Assembly: GCA_951406725.2 (NCBI GenBank)
Contig: OX597824.1
Coordinates: 24,552,001-24,616,000 of the forward strand
Source of the DNA: Octopus vulgaris
Lineage: Eukaryota
DNA: 64,000 bases
Reading direction: 5' to 3'
Under the pieces are notes generated by a model. That model saw only the letters and a list, made by a program, of their open reading frames with translations. It searched no databases and was not told the DNA's origin. The position numbers were made by a program, and so were the translations under genes. Of this stretch, positions 1 to 14,051 are shown piece after piece. Every line of letters starts with the position of its first letter. The first letter of the stretch is position 1.

Positions 1-149
1 CAAAACAATTTGAAACTTCGTAAAAATCCTCGACACCAGTGCGTAATTGGTACTTAATTTATCGATGAAACATTGACCCCCACCCTTCTGGTTTATTTAC
101 CTTTTGTGCAAATTTGTTGCGGCAAGTGGCAAAACGCGTATTTTTGCTT

Positions 150-372
150 GTGTGCGTATATGTATGTGTGTGTACGCTTATATATTAATTACTATGTGTG
201 TGTGTGTGTATATGTCCGTTTGTATGTGTGTGTACGCTTATATATTAATTACTATGTGTGTGTGTATATGTCCGTTTGTATGTGTGTGTACGCTTATATA
301 TTAATTACTATGTGTGTGTGTGTATATGTCCGTTTGTATGTGTGTGTACGCTTATATATTAATTACTATGTG
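150..372. repeat. ~58-bp minisatellite, 4 copies, built from TG/TA microsatellite
   Basis: ACGCTTATATATTAATTACTATG recurs near 174, 234, 290 and 348. Confidence 0.9.
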
Positions 373-660
373 CTTGTGCAAATGTGTGTGTGTGTGTGTG
401 TGTGTGTGTGGTGCGTCTGCTATTTCTTTATCAATAACTACGTTTAAGTTACAAATTACAATTTTGTTTTCAATTTTGTTTACAATAATGTTTTCTTTTG
501 ACACATTCTACCAGTATACGAAATTTCAAATTTCAAAAGTAACCCGTCCGCTACCGCCTTTCTCTTGGACAAAATACAGAACACGGTTTTCGTGAAGCGT
601 CCGCACTTACGTTATTGTATATAGTCCTCACTGATGTCACACTTAATACACAGAGATATT

Positions 661-963
661 GTTTGTTCCTTCTCGAGCTCTGCCTGGCCCATAAGGGCCG
701 GTTTCCCGGTTTCCTTGGTGTATAGGTTCCACACCTGGACGGGACGCTGGTCCGTCGCAGGTGAGCAGCAAGATGCAGGAGGAAATAGCGAGAGAAAGTT
801 GTGGCGAAAGAGTCAGCAGAAATTTCGCCATTACCTTCTGCCGGAGCCGCGTGGAGCTCAGGTGTTTCGCTCATAAACACACGCATCGCCCGGTCTGAGA
901 TTCGAACCCGCAATCCCTCAACCGCTAGTCCGCTGCTCTAACCGCTAGGCCATGCGTCTCCAC
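661..963 (-). mobile_element. tRNA-derived SINE (head 1, V-domain-like body)
   Basis: Minus strand has A/B-box-like TGGCCTAGCGG and GGTTCGAATCTC; homologous to 60538-60849; 13-bp TSD ACACAGAGAYATT at 648-660 and 964-976. Confidence 0.85.
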
Positions 964-1480
964 ACACAGAGACATTCTCAGTTGTTTAAGTATCCGACTT
1001 TTTATTCAATGCTCTTTGCAGTCTCCCCAGTTGATACGTAAGGCTTAGGTCGTACTTGAAGAGCGAAGACGTTTACGGTAATTCAGCCTGCTTAAAGTAA
1101 AGGATTTTCAAAGTGCAGATATTATTGGTGTGACTCTCAAAGTAAGTATTCTTAGTACCTTGTACCCAGTTTCTAAGCTTTCTTGAGTTTCTCCACACTG
1201 AGTTTTGGTGCAAGATAGACCATTTCGTCAGATATCCACTTTTCCTAAACAAGGACATAGAATTTTAAGGCTTTGCGCAACATGTTATTGTGACAGGTTT
1301 ATGACCCGTTATTTTATGCCTGTAATAAGTAATAATATTTTGTTTCATTGAAATATAGGCATATAAACAAGAAAGGATTAAAAGAAGACAAAACATTATT
1401 GAAATAAAAGAAACATTTAATAGCTCAAAACACAGTTTTTGTTTTTATTTCTATACGCAATATTATATACAACAAAGGCG

Positions 1481-1685
1481 GGATCTTTTCGGTTTGAACG
1501 GCACTTTTGTAAAATAATTTACACGTAACTAAACACGTTTAAACTTCGTATACTGGTAGAATGTGTTTTTAAAACATCTTTTTCTCTTGGCTTTATTGAA
1601 AAAATTCTATAGTTTGTAAGATATTTATTGTTTTTTTTTTCAAATTCTGCAATTTCAACCAATCAATGACGTCTATTGAGGTCAA
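1481..1685. mobile_element. Truncated copy of the GGATCTTTTCGG MITE
   Basis: One TIR GGATCTTTTCGGTTTGAACGGCA plus internal sequence matching the reverse complement of 26450-26659. Confidence 0.8.
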
Positions 1686-2168
1686 AGCACAGACAGGAAG
1701 TTTTGACAGTGAATGACTTTGTATATAATTGAATTAATTATAGTGAATTTTACATTTTCATAATCGGGATACCCGTTAGATCTTCTTAGTATAATATATT
1801 GACTTGGAACAGCAATTTGCAATTGACCATGTATGAAAACGCAAGTAGAGTGAGAGTGAGAGATAAAAAAAAAAAATTTAACCGTGGCAGACAGGCAGAA
1901 CAGAGCAGGGGAGAGGGGAGGAAGCGTATTCGGTGAGAGCTTGAAGGAAAAACTATGGTTGAACATTGCTGCTGCGTCGCTTATTTGACTTTCTGATATT
2001 ATTTGTTCTTCATTCATGATAAACTTTCGATAATGAAATGACTTTTAAAATGGCTTAAGAAAATAATTATTCAACTATTTTCGGAAATGGTCGAATGGAG
2101 GAAATTGATGTGGAGAGGGCCTGTGAGTCGTCTTGGTCACTTGTATTGGGTGAGATCGAATAAAAATA

Positions 2169-2240
<72 letters not shown>

Positions 2241-2252
2241 TATATATATTTA

Positions 2253-2460
2253 TAGGGAGAGTTTACGAAAAAAACAACAAAAGACGAAGACAGGTGGTGT
2301 ACAAAACAAACAGATCTATTAGTATAACGTTCAGGAATAGAAAAAGTCTTTTACGTTTCGAACCTACGCTCTTCTACAGAAAGGGACACAGAAAACAAGG
2401 AGAGAAAAAAGGAGAGAAAAAAGAGAGAGAAAAAAGGAGAGATAAAAAAGGAGAAAAACA
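2253..2460 (-). mobile_element. Penelope-like terminal fragment in (TA)n
   Basis: Embedded in TA repeat; minus strand reads TAGAAGA-GCGTAGGTTC-GAAACGTA, a degenerate minimal hammerhead-like core. Confidence 0.45.
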
Positions 2461-2461
2461 A

Positions 2462-2532
<71 letters not shown>

Positions 2533-2561
2533 TATATGTATGTATATATATGTATATATAT

Positions 2562-2679
<118 letters not shown>

Positions 2680-2872
2680 GCATAGCGTTTCTTATTAAAA
2701 TTTAACAGAGAGAGACGAATATTTATTCGAATGTTTTCTTAAGCGAAATTTCAAGCTTGTAGATTTATCATTTTATTTCTGCTTTTTAATAAATTCACAT
2801 TTTTTAAAACGAAGTTCTTTATTTTCGAAAGTTGTAGCTTAACGTTTTTTAACGACTGCATTGAGAAATATA

Positions 2873-3048
2873 CGAAGAGGTGCTGAAGAGATCCTGGTTT
2901 TAAAGGTGTCGAGAAAGGCCTGGTTGGAGGTCCAATCTTCCGAGTTTTTTTAAAGGGATAATTATGTGAATCTATATAATAAAATCATAAACTGATCCTC
3001 CTGTGTTTTCTTTTACCCAAAGCTAAAGAACTTTTCAGTACCCCCTCG
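2873..3048. mobile_element. Mariner-type MITE
   Basis: TA|CGAAGAGGTGCTGAAGAG ... CTTTTCAGTACCCCCTCG|TA; degenerate CGAGGG-type TIRs with TA duplication. Confidence 0.7.
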
Positions 3049-3055
3049 TATATGT

Positions 3056-3627
3056 GTTTCTTTATTACCCACAAGGGTCTAAACATAGAGAGGACAAACA
3101 AGGACAGACAAACGGATTAAGTCGATTATATCGACCTCAGTGCGTAACTGGTACTTAATTTATCGACCCCGAAAGGATGAAAGGCAAAGTCGACCTCGGC
3201 GGAATTTGAATTCAGAACGTAACGGCAGACGAAATACCTATTTCTTTACTACCCACTAGGGGCTAAACATAGAGGGAACAAACAGAGAAACGGATTAAGT
3301 CGATTATATCGACCCCAGTGCGTAACTGGTACTTAATTTATCGACCCCGAAAGGATGAAAGGCAAAGTCGACCTCGGCGGAATTTGAATTCAGAACGTAA
3401 TGGCAGACGAAATACCTATTTCTTTACTACCCACAATGGGCTAAACATTGAGGGAACAAACAAGGACAGAGAAACGGATTAAGTCGATTATATCGACCCT
3501 AGTGCGTAACTGGTACTTAATTTATCGACCCCGAAAGGATGAAAGGCAAAGTCGACCTCGGCGGAATTTGAACTCAGAACGTAACGGCAGACGAAATATA
3601 GTTAAACATTTCGTCCGGCGTCCTAAC
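3056..3627 (-). mobile_element. SINE multimer: partial head plus 3 bodies
   Basis: Three head-to-tail units joined at GAAATACC|TATTTC (3238 and 3416). Confidence 0.9.
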
Positions 3628-3818
3628 TCGTATATGAGCGTATATATCCGTATATATACTTTCATCCGTATATATACATACATAGAGACAGACAGACGTA
3701 CGGGCGGATAGACAGGCACTGAGATAGGAAGACTGAGGGCTTCGAATGTCCTGTCTGTGTTTGTTGTATCGTCTTCTAAGTGTTATGCGTTCTTGTCACA
3801 GTTTGTATTTTTCTACAT

Positions 3819-3927
<109 letters not shown>

Positions 3928-4353
3928 GTGGTGTTGCGAACTAAACCGGAAGTTATGTTACAGACAGATTTCACGAAATTATAATAACGATTTGACCCAT
4001 TGTTTAAGCCGTACATCTAGGAACTGCTGGAGCGCAACTATACTGTCGTTTATCTTGTATCACAAGCATCACTCTAGTGCTATCTACGTAGCTGCAGAGT
4101 GTGACCGATTGTATATCTTTGATTAAGTGCCAGGCAAACATTAGGAAGAACAAAAAGGGTCACTCCTTATATCAGGACAGACTTTCCAAAAGTACATATG
4201 CACCGATACATACGATAATAAATAGACTCTGTTTAAAACGATGAAAATTGTTCAATGTGGACCATCTGTTAATTTCTCTATTGTCTTGGCGTCGGAAGTA
4301 CATATGTTTACTGGAAAGATGTGGACATAGAGCTATCGCCACGTTCCATCTAC

Positions 4354-4395
<42 letters not shown>

Positions 4396-4560
4396 TATTC
4401 ACACATTGATCAATCGAAATACACGCATAGAAATGCACGCAAACACACACCTATATATGTACGCGTGCTTAGATTAAGCTAAAAGTTGTAAGATGAAAGT
4501 GCTCTTGTTATGTACATTCGCATATTTACATATACAAGTATATGTGGATGTATATATATG

Positions 4561-4691
<131 letters not shown>

Positions 4692-4750
4692 TTGTGCTTC
4701 TGTATAGATATATGTAAATGTACGTAATGAATATGTACACACACACACAC

Positions 4751-4782
<32 letters not shown>

Positions 4783-4876
4783 ATACATACATAGATGGAT
4801 ATGTATGTATGTATGTATCTATCCTTCTATCTATCTATCTATCTATCTATCCATCTATACATACACACATACAGAA

Positions 4877-4961
<85 letters not shown>

Positions 4962-5179
4962 TAAGCACATTTATGCAATAGAAGGTGGGGAAAAATGGTT
5001 CTCGAAAACCGAAGTAGAGTAGCTTGCTTCTTTTTTTTTATTAATGTTTAAAAACAACACAAGAGTCTTGATCACAACTCTCCGACGAATGGAAACGTCA
5101 AACTCTGAGTAACAGTTTTTTTGTGATTGTGTTTTTGCAGCTTTAATTAAAGAATCATATATGTATATAATATTCTTTT

Positions 5180-5395
5180 ACTATTTTACTCGTTTCATTC
5201 ATTTGACTGCGGCCGTGCTGGAGCCCCGCCTTTAGTCAAACACATCTACCCCAGAACTTATTCTTTGTAAGCCTAGTACTTATTTTATCCGTGTCTTTTG
5301 CCGAACCGCTAAGTTACGAGGACGTAAACACACCAACATCGATTGTCAGGTGAGGTGGGGGGGGGAACACAGACACAAATACACACACACACACA
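5180..5395 (-). mobile_element. 3' part of the (AAGAGTA)n-tailed SINE
   Basis: Homologous to 49630-49850. Confidence 0.8.
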
Positions 5396-5486
5396 CGCAC
5401 ACACACATATATATTTCGTTTTTGGATTTGGTCTGCAAGATTCTTTATATGAGTTCGTGTGTTGAAGCATATTCTTTGTGTCTCGG

Positions 5487-5531
<45 letters not shown>

Positions 5532-5744
5532 TGTGTGTGTGCGCGTGTGCATGCGTGCGTGTGTGTATACCTATGTGTGCATGTATGCGTATATCTACGT
5601 AGGTATGTATGTCTGAATGTGTAAATACATACATATACACCCATTCATATAACTCTAACAAGTTTCAGCTCAAGAGCTACAGACATACTGGGGCAACGCC
5701 GTTATATATATATAGGTATATATATTCATGTGTGTATGTGTGTA

Positions 5745-6219
5745 AGACTTTCTAACTAGAAAGGGTATGGCCTGGTCGGCCTGTAATGACATGCATAAGA
5801 TCTGGTCATCAAATCTAAGTAGAGACTTCAAACTTGAAATCTTCAAAGCCACAGTCGAACCAATTCTACTATATGGCTCAGAAACCTGGACGTTATCAAA
5901 GAAGCTCAAAAATCTCTTGTGGAAGCGCCATCCAACCAAAATGCAAATATATGGGAAACTACCACCTGTGTCATCTCTTGTGAAAGGTAAGAGAGTCCAG
6001 GATATTGTTGTAGAGCTGAAAAAGAAGTAATTTCTACTCTTCTCCTCTGGAAGCCATCTACTCGCAATACCAGAGGGCGCACACTCTCCTACCCTGATGT
6101 AATCTCCAGGGATACAGGCATCCAGCAACAGGACCTCCGTAATGCCATGATGGACCGTGAAGTCTGGCGTAGCATGGTAAATTCCATTGTCTCGACCACG
6201 GTCGAACAATGATGATGAT
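5745..6219 (+). mobile_element. RTE/RTE-X-like LINE 3' fragment with internal deletions
   Basis: Encodes ILLYGSETWTL and AMMDREVWR motifs; stop followed by (TGA)n tail; other copies at 20147 and 63501. Confidence 0.85.
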
Positions 6220-6467
6220 AATGTGTGTGTGTTAATACTTATTTTACGATTCTAGAGAAGAGGTTTGAGAAGAAAATAAAACAACACATCCGTACATATA
6301 GCACTTTCATTATTCAATGCATTCGTGTTAAACTGTCGTTAATTAACACATCTAAAATCGTGTCACTTTCTCAACACTAACATTTCTTTTACATTACAGT
6401 ATAGATGGCTTAATCATTTATCGTGTGACATATATTGCCACAAGGTTCATTTCTGTGATATATTATG

Positions 6468-6853
6468 TGGAAGCACTCCGTCGGTTACGATGACGAGGGT
6501 TCCGGTTGATCCGAATCAACGGAACAGCCTGCTCGTGAAATTAACGTGTAAGTGGCTGAGCACTCCACAGACACGTGTACCCTTAACGTAGTTCTCGGGG
6601 ATATTCAGCGTGACACAGAGAGTGACAAGGCCGGCCCTTTGAAATACAGGTACAACAGAAACAGGAAGTAAGAGTGAGAGTAAGATGTGGTGAAAGAGTA
6701 CAGCAGGGATCACCACCATCCCCTGCCGGAGCCTCGTGGAGCTTTAGGTGTTTTCGCTCAATAAACACTCACAAACGCCCGGTCTGGGAATCGAAACCGC
6801 GATCCTATGACCGCGAGTCCGCTGCCCTAACCACTGGGCCATTGCGTCTCCAC
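6468..6853 (-). mobile_element. tRNA-derived SINE (head 1, tail A)
   Basis: Reverse complement of 30555-30925; tail ends GTCGTAACCGACGGAGTGCTTCCAC. Confidence 0.85.
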
Positions 6854-6914
6854 TGTTTAACAGATCTATGGCAAATATGAATGTATATTTTTATGCTCAG
6901 TTATATCTTTGTGC

Positions 6915-7360
6915 AGAAGAAGTTTGCCTCCCAACCACAATATTTCAAGTTCAGTCCCACTGCGTGGCATCTTGGCCAAGTGCTTTCTACTATTACGTCC
7001 GGGACGACCATGCGAGTGCATTTGGTAGAAAGAAACTGAAACAAACCTGCTTTATGTGTATGTATGTATGTGTGTATGTGCTTGCGTGTGTGTGTTTGTG
7101 TGTGCCTGAGAGTATACGTGTGTGAGCGCTTCTGCCTCTTGTCTTGGCATCACTTGATTGGTGTGAAGTAAATGAATGACGTTCATTTCTTGCGATATTC
7201 TGTGAAAATGTGTCCGGCCATAGGAAAATCTTACCTTGTTTGGAAACTGGTAACAGTTAGTAACAGGAAAGGCATCCAGTTTTTGCAAATCTGCCTTAGT
7301 AAACTCCGTCTAACCTATGCAAGCATGTAAAAGTGGGCGTTAAAATGATGTTGATAATGA
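6915..7360 (+). mobile_element. Diverged SINE with RTE-type 3' tail
   Basis: Head matches the 49441 family; 3' end AGGAAAGGCATCCAG...GGGCGTTAAAATGATG resembles the 3' end of the RTE at 21470-21950. Confidence 0.6.
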
Positions 7361-7774
7361 ATATGTGTTCTTGAATCATACTTGCCTGGTGAGAGATTTT
7401 ATATCAGATCATCATACTGCAGAAAATACAATGATAGATATTGTAATTAAAAATTATAATGGAAATTAATTAGAAACGAAAGAGTATATAATTGATTACA
7501 TTCCGTTACTACTCAGACAATCTCCAAACTCTGAGTAGAGACAGAAATTATTGCCAGCACTACAATACATTTTGTACTGAACTTCTGTATAAAGTACTTG
7601 CTCTTCATATTTGTCAACTTAACACCCCCACCGCGCACACATACGCACATACATACATACATACATACATACATACATACATACATACACACACATATAT
7701 ATATACATATATATATATACATATATATATACATATATATATATACATATATATATAAATATATATATATAAAT

Positions 7775-7813
<39 letters not shown>

Positions 7814-8032
7814 CATACACGCAAACATATACACACCTGTCAGTCTGAATTGGCATTCAACCGGTTTTAGATAATATTGATGTCAGTTAGACATAGTTTT
7901 ATTACATTTTTATCAGTTCGTTGTTGAGAAGGCGGCCATTAAAACTACACAGATTCCTGGCACATTAGTACAAAGTACTAAGGGGGAAAAAATGAGAACC
8001 AACGAAGCCAATGCTAACTACTACGACTCACA

Positions 8033-8098
<66 letters not shown>

Positions 8099-8122
8099 AT
8101 AAATAAATAAATAAATAAATAA

Positions 8123-8370
8123 ATGCACCCTTTTAAAGCCTAGTCAGGCTCATGGGCCCGGTTTCCCGGTTTCAATGGCGTATGTGTTCCCCAGCTACGC
8201 GGGTCGCCAGTCCATCGCAGCGTTACTCATTTTTGCCAGTTGAGTGGACTGGAGCAACGTGAAATGAAGTGTTTTGCTCAAGAACACAACGCGTCGCCCG
8301 GTTCAGGAATCGAAGCCACAATCTTACGATCATGATGCTGACACTCTAACCACTAAGCCACGCGCCTCCA
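8123..8370 (-). mobile_element. tRNA-derived SINE (head 2, tail B)
   Basis: Minus strand GGAGGCGCGTGGCTTAGTGGTTAG...TTCGATTCC, then TGTGTTCTTGAGCAAAACAC; (TTTA)n tail; homologue at 15538-15760. Confidence 0.85.
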
Positions 8371-9057
8371 CACACACACACACACACACATGTATATATA
8401 TACCCCGTGCCAATGAATAAGCTTCTACCTAGTCACTCGATCTGCAGGAAAGCACTGCCAAATGTCCTTTAAATCACACTCTACCGCTCTAAATAATAAG
8501 ACATTTTGATGGCTAATGTGGTTTTGGTCTTCCAGAACACTCGACAGGGTGCGTAGCTCAAAGGTCAGGGAATATCTCTAGGTCGAACTGTTATTTCTCC
8601 ACGTTGGAAGGTCACGGCTCCCAGTACTACTAAGATGTGGCTAGGATACCGTAAGAAAGGATCGCAAAAGGGGATTCTTCGAGCAGAACCAACCGACAGG
8701 TGACCTAAGAGGAGACACTCTATGTGTGCGTGTGTGTGTGTGTGTCTGAGCGTGTGTGTGTGTGTGTGTGTGTGTGTTTGTGTGATTGTGTGATTGTGTG
8801 TTTGTGTTCAAGTGGTGTACTTTTGTGTTTTGTAAATTAGTAGTTCAACAAGTAGATATTAATAAAATAAGTATCAAATTGAAATAACTACCGAGGTCGA
8901 TATCGTCAAATAAAGTTTTTAGTATTGTGCTTCAGTACGGCAGCTGTAAAAGGACTGGAATAAAACAAAACAATGAAACAAAATAAGAACAAATATAATG
9001 AAATTAAAAAAATGGCCTTTGACTTCTTTTTTTGCATGGCTACTGAGATTAAAAAAG

Positions 9058-9375
9058 ACTCCGCCGGTTACGACGACGAGGGTCCCAGCTGATACGATCA
9101 ACGGAACAGCTTGCATTGAAATCAACGTGCAAATGGCTGAGCATTCCACAGACACGTGTACCCTTAACGTAGTTCTCGGGGATAATCAGCGTGACACAGA
9201 GAGTGACAAGGCTGACCCTTTGAAATACAAGTATAACTCATTTTTGCCAGCTGAGTGGACTGGAGCAACGTGAAATAAAGTGTCTTGCTCAAGGACACAA
9301 CGCGTCGCCGGGAATCGAACTCACAACCTTACGATCATGAGCCGAATGCCCTAACCACTAAGCCACGCGCCCTCA
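9058..9375 (-). mobile_element. tRNA-derived SINE (head 2, tail A)
   Basis: Head as in 8123, 3' half as in 6468. Confidence 0.8.
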
Positions 9376-9578
9376 CCGCTACTGAGATAAGTGGAGAAAA
9401 AAGGGAGAAAGAAAACATAAGGACATTGGTTGCTAAAGTTGAAAAGAGATCATTAAAATTTCGAATAGTTAACTGTAAAGCAGTTTTTAGTTAAAATGTC
9501 TGCAACAACCTGGGCTAAGCTAAAGGTGTATTAAATCAGCTGAAAGATCAAGTCTGACCGTCCCTGGAGTTTCTATGT

Positions 9579-10062
9579 TCAATTCAATTTTTATTGGCTC
9601 AAAAAAGCAAAAGCAAGGGAGTTATGTACAGGGAGGGTGGTCATACAAAGAGTTCAGGCCATTTCTGGTCAAGAGAGACTTTGAACCGAGCGGTCGTCGG
9701 CATCTTCACTATCTCGTCCGGCAGCTTATTCCACGGATCTGCAACCCGGACGGAGAAAGCCCTTCTCACTTCGATTGAGATGAAATCGTCGTAGATAGAG
9801 CTTTTCGGAGTGACCCCGCAGCCCACGTTCTGGAGCAGGAGTGAAGAACAGCTCTTTCGAGAGTTTACACTTTCCGCTTATGATGTTGTGAGCGAGAATG
9901 AGATCACCACGGCGTCGTCGTTTTTTGAGAGAATAAAGGTCGAGCGACCTCAGCCTTTCTTCATAAGACAAATGCTTGAGACCAAGAACCATGCGGGTAG
10001 CCAGCTTCTGGACTCTTTCGAGATGATGTATATCTTTGAGGAGATAAGGAGAAGTTATCCAG
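9579..10062 (-). mobile_element. CR1-like LINE, 5'-truncated 3' end
   Basis: Encodes LSYEERLRSLDLYSLKKRRRRGDLI and RVADPWNKLP; AATAAA plus ATTGA-repeat tail; 17-bp TSD CCCTGKAGTTTCTATGT at 9562-9578 and 10063-10079. Confidence 0.9.
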
Positions 10063-10199
10063 CCCTGTAGTTTCTATGTGATCCAACACTGTAGCTTCTA
10101 TGGGGTCGCTTGGCCTGTTAGATAAGTAACCAAATCTGATTAATATTACATCCTAACTCCCTAAATATGTCCTGGATATGACTAAATTGTATCCGGTAC

Positions 10200-10790
10200 A
10201 GGCATTCTAGTTCGGGTTTTGAGGAGTGTGGAGCCATCTCTTAGCTACTGTTATTCTCAGATTTACTCCGACCCGGTGTAGTAGCGCCTGTCAGAGTCCC
10301 AACTATGGGCTAATTGGCATGTCTGAGACCCAGGGCAGATGAGGCTCGTCAACTTTTTAGCCATTCATTTAAGAGAAGGCAACTCTTTACAAATCCTGAA
10401 TCCTGGTAACTACTGGGCTCAGGGTACTTGTTGCGCCCGACCAATACAAGTTTGAAGGACGGGAAAGTGAGACTGGACCTGCACAAACCATGCAAACCAC
10501 TAAAATAACACTTCTCGTGCAGGTTGTCCAGTGAACCGAAACACCACTAAGAGCACCAACACCGATACCATCACAGTTTATTCATAAATCCACTGGCGAT
10601 GGGGAAAGAGGAGACGGGTACAGGTAGTGATGTTACTGGAAGTCTTCAGGTTCTACCCTGCACACGGACAGCTGTAGGGTGATGGTCGTTTTCCACAGAC
10701 CCCTGACAAATATGTAAAATTTAGCTGTACCCTGCAGGGCATTGATTGTCCAGGCGATGAGAGAACCCGGTATAATACCCTAAGGAAGGG
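10200..10790 (+). mobile_element. Possible LINE 5'UTR-like repeat remnant
   Basis: GC-richer block whose words resemble RTE-type 5'UTRs (from memory); no ORF. Confidence 0.3.
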
Positions 10791-12029
10791 GACACGTTGG
10801 ATATTGTAGTCCTAGATATTTCCTTTCTTAGAAAATTGAAAGGCCACTGATGGAATTGAAAGGCCACTACCAACCTGGTGTGTCTCCAGATACACAACGC
10901 ACTGTAGTTCCAACATCATCGTTCGACCTACTAGGAAAAGTAATCAAATCTTCAACCCTTACCTGTCCGATGTATCAGATATGATACACCGGACATATTT
11001 CTCTGGCGTCCACGCATCATGTATAATACACATTACCAATTTTTTTTTTTCAAATACCAGAGTAATTTGAGACTTAAGAAAGGAGAGCTTTATATTACTC
11101 AGAACGTATGAAAGAAACTAAGGCCCCAAAAAATAGCAACCACATTCTTCAGATCACACCCTATCAACTTAATCCTTTACCTTTCCTATGTATTACATGG
11201 GATACATAGGACATGAGAATTACAAGTGATACATAGGAGAACACATGAGAATCACAAGTGTATTACATGTGATACATAGCGTTTTTTACCCCGGTGTCAT
11301 GCGTCGGGTATGATAAACATTCCCAATTTATTCAACAAACCAAAAATAATTGGAACTTACGAAGAGAAAGCTTTTCATTACTAAGAGCGTATGCAACAAG
11401 GTCTGAAAAGAAGCATGGGCATTTAAGATAAGCTTATAGAATATACTTTAGCCAGGCAAAGGATTAAATTACACGCTATTACCCAAAGAGAGAGACACAT
11501 TGCATATTGTAGTTCCAGATACGTCTTCTTTTCTTTGGGGCCTCAACTCCATACTGTTAAGAATTGACAGGGTGCCGAAACTTGACGGAAACCACCCTCC
11601 TCCAGATACATAATGCCTAAGAAAATGGACGAGATAGTCTTGAGTGGTGAGCCTTTCATCACAGAATTGCTAGAAGGGGGCTGACTTGGAGCCAAACAAT
11701 AACAATAACAAATACTACTGCTAGACTACTAATAGTACAAACATAAAAGCAAAAAGGAAAAAAAAAACACACCATTAGTGTATGGAAGAATAATTCTAAA
11801 CGGTACCTAATTATATTCTATGACAGAGAAATTATTGTTCACCTCCACACACCCAATTATCAGGCCTTCTCATTATTTTTTCTCCAGTCGCCTGGGTGTA
11901 AAATATATTTAAGCACTAGTGTTATATAGTTATACCACCGTTAAGAACGGTGAACAGATTTACCCTACCTAAACCACACTATTCCGACGCTGTATAATTG
12001 GCTTGCTTCCAAGTAGGTCGAGGGTCATA

Positions 12030-12495
<466 letters not shown>

Positions 12496-12727
12496 GGTAG
12501 GTATGTGTGTGTTTATGCGTTGGTGTGTCTGCAGCGTACATATGTGTGTATTTTGCCGGCGTGGAAAATGCATAAAAATGATGATGATAATGATGAAAAC
12601 GATGATTACGTCACTGATGGGGGGTACCTAACTTACCGGTGCCTGAAAAATGCATATGCACGTTTGCGCTTTATAGTATGTGTTTGCGTGTATGTGTGTG
12701 TGTGTGTGTGTGTATGTGTGTGTGTGA

Positions 12728-12763
<36 letters not shown>

Positions 12764-12949
12764 GTGTGTGTGTGTGTGTGTGGTGCTAACGAATGAGGGC
12801 ATTCGCACGCGCGTATGCATATATATATATAGAACAATCTTACTTAGAAACGGATGCGTGCGTTCCGTCATATAATAAATTAATAAATGAAATAAAACAT
12901 ATGCATATATACATACATACATGTACGTACCTACCTCTACATGTATATA

Positions 12950-13144
12950 TACATGCATATATGGGTACAGGACACCAAAAAAACGTCGAACACAATGAGA
13001 AACAAAACCAAGGAAATAGACATTTTTCTTAAACAACGAAAAAATAGAGTACAGGACATACAATACAAGGAAAATTCCCCTTCTTCAGTCGCCTTTGTTT
13101 CATCTACTCCACGTTTCGAAGGTCAAGGCGAGACACGTCTTTAA

Positions 13145-13146
<2 letters not shown>
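12950..13146 (-). mobile_element. Penelope-like terminal fragment (family E)
   Basis: Diverged inverted homologue of 14350-14560; flanked by TA-rich microsatellite. Confidence 0.5.
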
Positions 13147-13219
<73 letters not shown>

Positions 13220-13221
<2 letters not shown>

Positions 13222-13424
13222 GTAAAAAAAATATACAAACTGGGACAAGAACATGAAACACCTAGAAGACGACACAAGAAACACAGGACGGGACATTCGA
13301 AGCCCTCAATCATCAGTCAAGAACCGGATCATCTTCGCAATTTCCGCTGATTAATTTTGAGATTGCTCCGATCTGGGCAGTCCCCAAGGGAAATCTAAGC
13401 CAAGCGCATTAGATCCCTTGGAAG

Positions 13425-13428
<4 letters not shown>
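13220..13428 (-). mobile_element. Penelope-like terminal fragment (family F)
   Basis: Homologous to 3728-3820 (+); contains CTGATGA on the minus strand; embedded in microsatellite. Confidence 0.45.
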
Positions 13429-13472
<44 letters not shown>

Positions 13473-13478
<6 letters not shown>

Positions 13479-13600
13479 TTTATAGAAGGAGCTTCTACAG
13501 GACTAGAACTGTTTCATTCAAAAGAAATCATCAGGAAGCTGATGATTTCTTTTGAATGAAACAGTTCTAGTCCTGTAGAAGCTCCTTCTATAAAATAAAT
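13473..13600. repeat. Perfect 62-bp inverted repeat with 4-nt spacer
   Basis: 13473-13534 is the exact reverse complement of 13539-13600; spacer GAAG. Confidence 0.95.
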
Positions 13601-13665
13601 TAATTTACTCTGCTATGTATTGAGTACCTTATTTACTGTGGTTAACCCCGACTCAACCCGGGACC

Positions 13666-13734
<69 letters not shown>

Positions 13735-14019
13735 GAAAATGTACGAGATTATTACCCGACATATAACGAGTAACGTTGGAACTATACTTTTCCACCATGG
13801 GTAATTTGGCAAAAATTAAACTTTCCTTATTGTATCTATGTTTTATTTCATGATATTACCCACGGCTGTAAAAGTGTATCAATATTATTGTAGCTATAGT
13901 ATATGATGTCTACAATCGTGAGTTTGTCTACAATGAAAAAGTCCGGTAAATTCGCTTATTTCCGCTTCGTTGTAGCTTCCTATGGAAAGCGTACTTTATA
14001 TTCCAGATATTGTATTCGT

Positions 14020-14049
<30 letters not shown>

Positions 14050-14051
<2 letters not shown>

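Noticed and set aside
1073-1258. 61-aa ORF as a terminal exon
   Set aside because: No recognisable motif or splice context
8575-8720. HDV-like ribozyme around TCCACGT
   Set aside because: Could not build consistent P1/P2/P3 helices by eye
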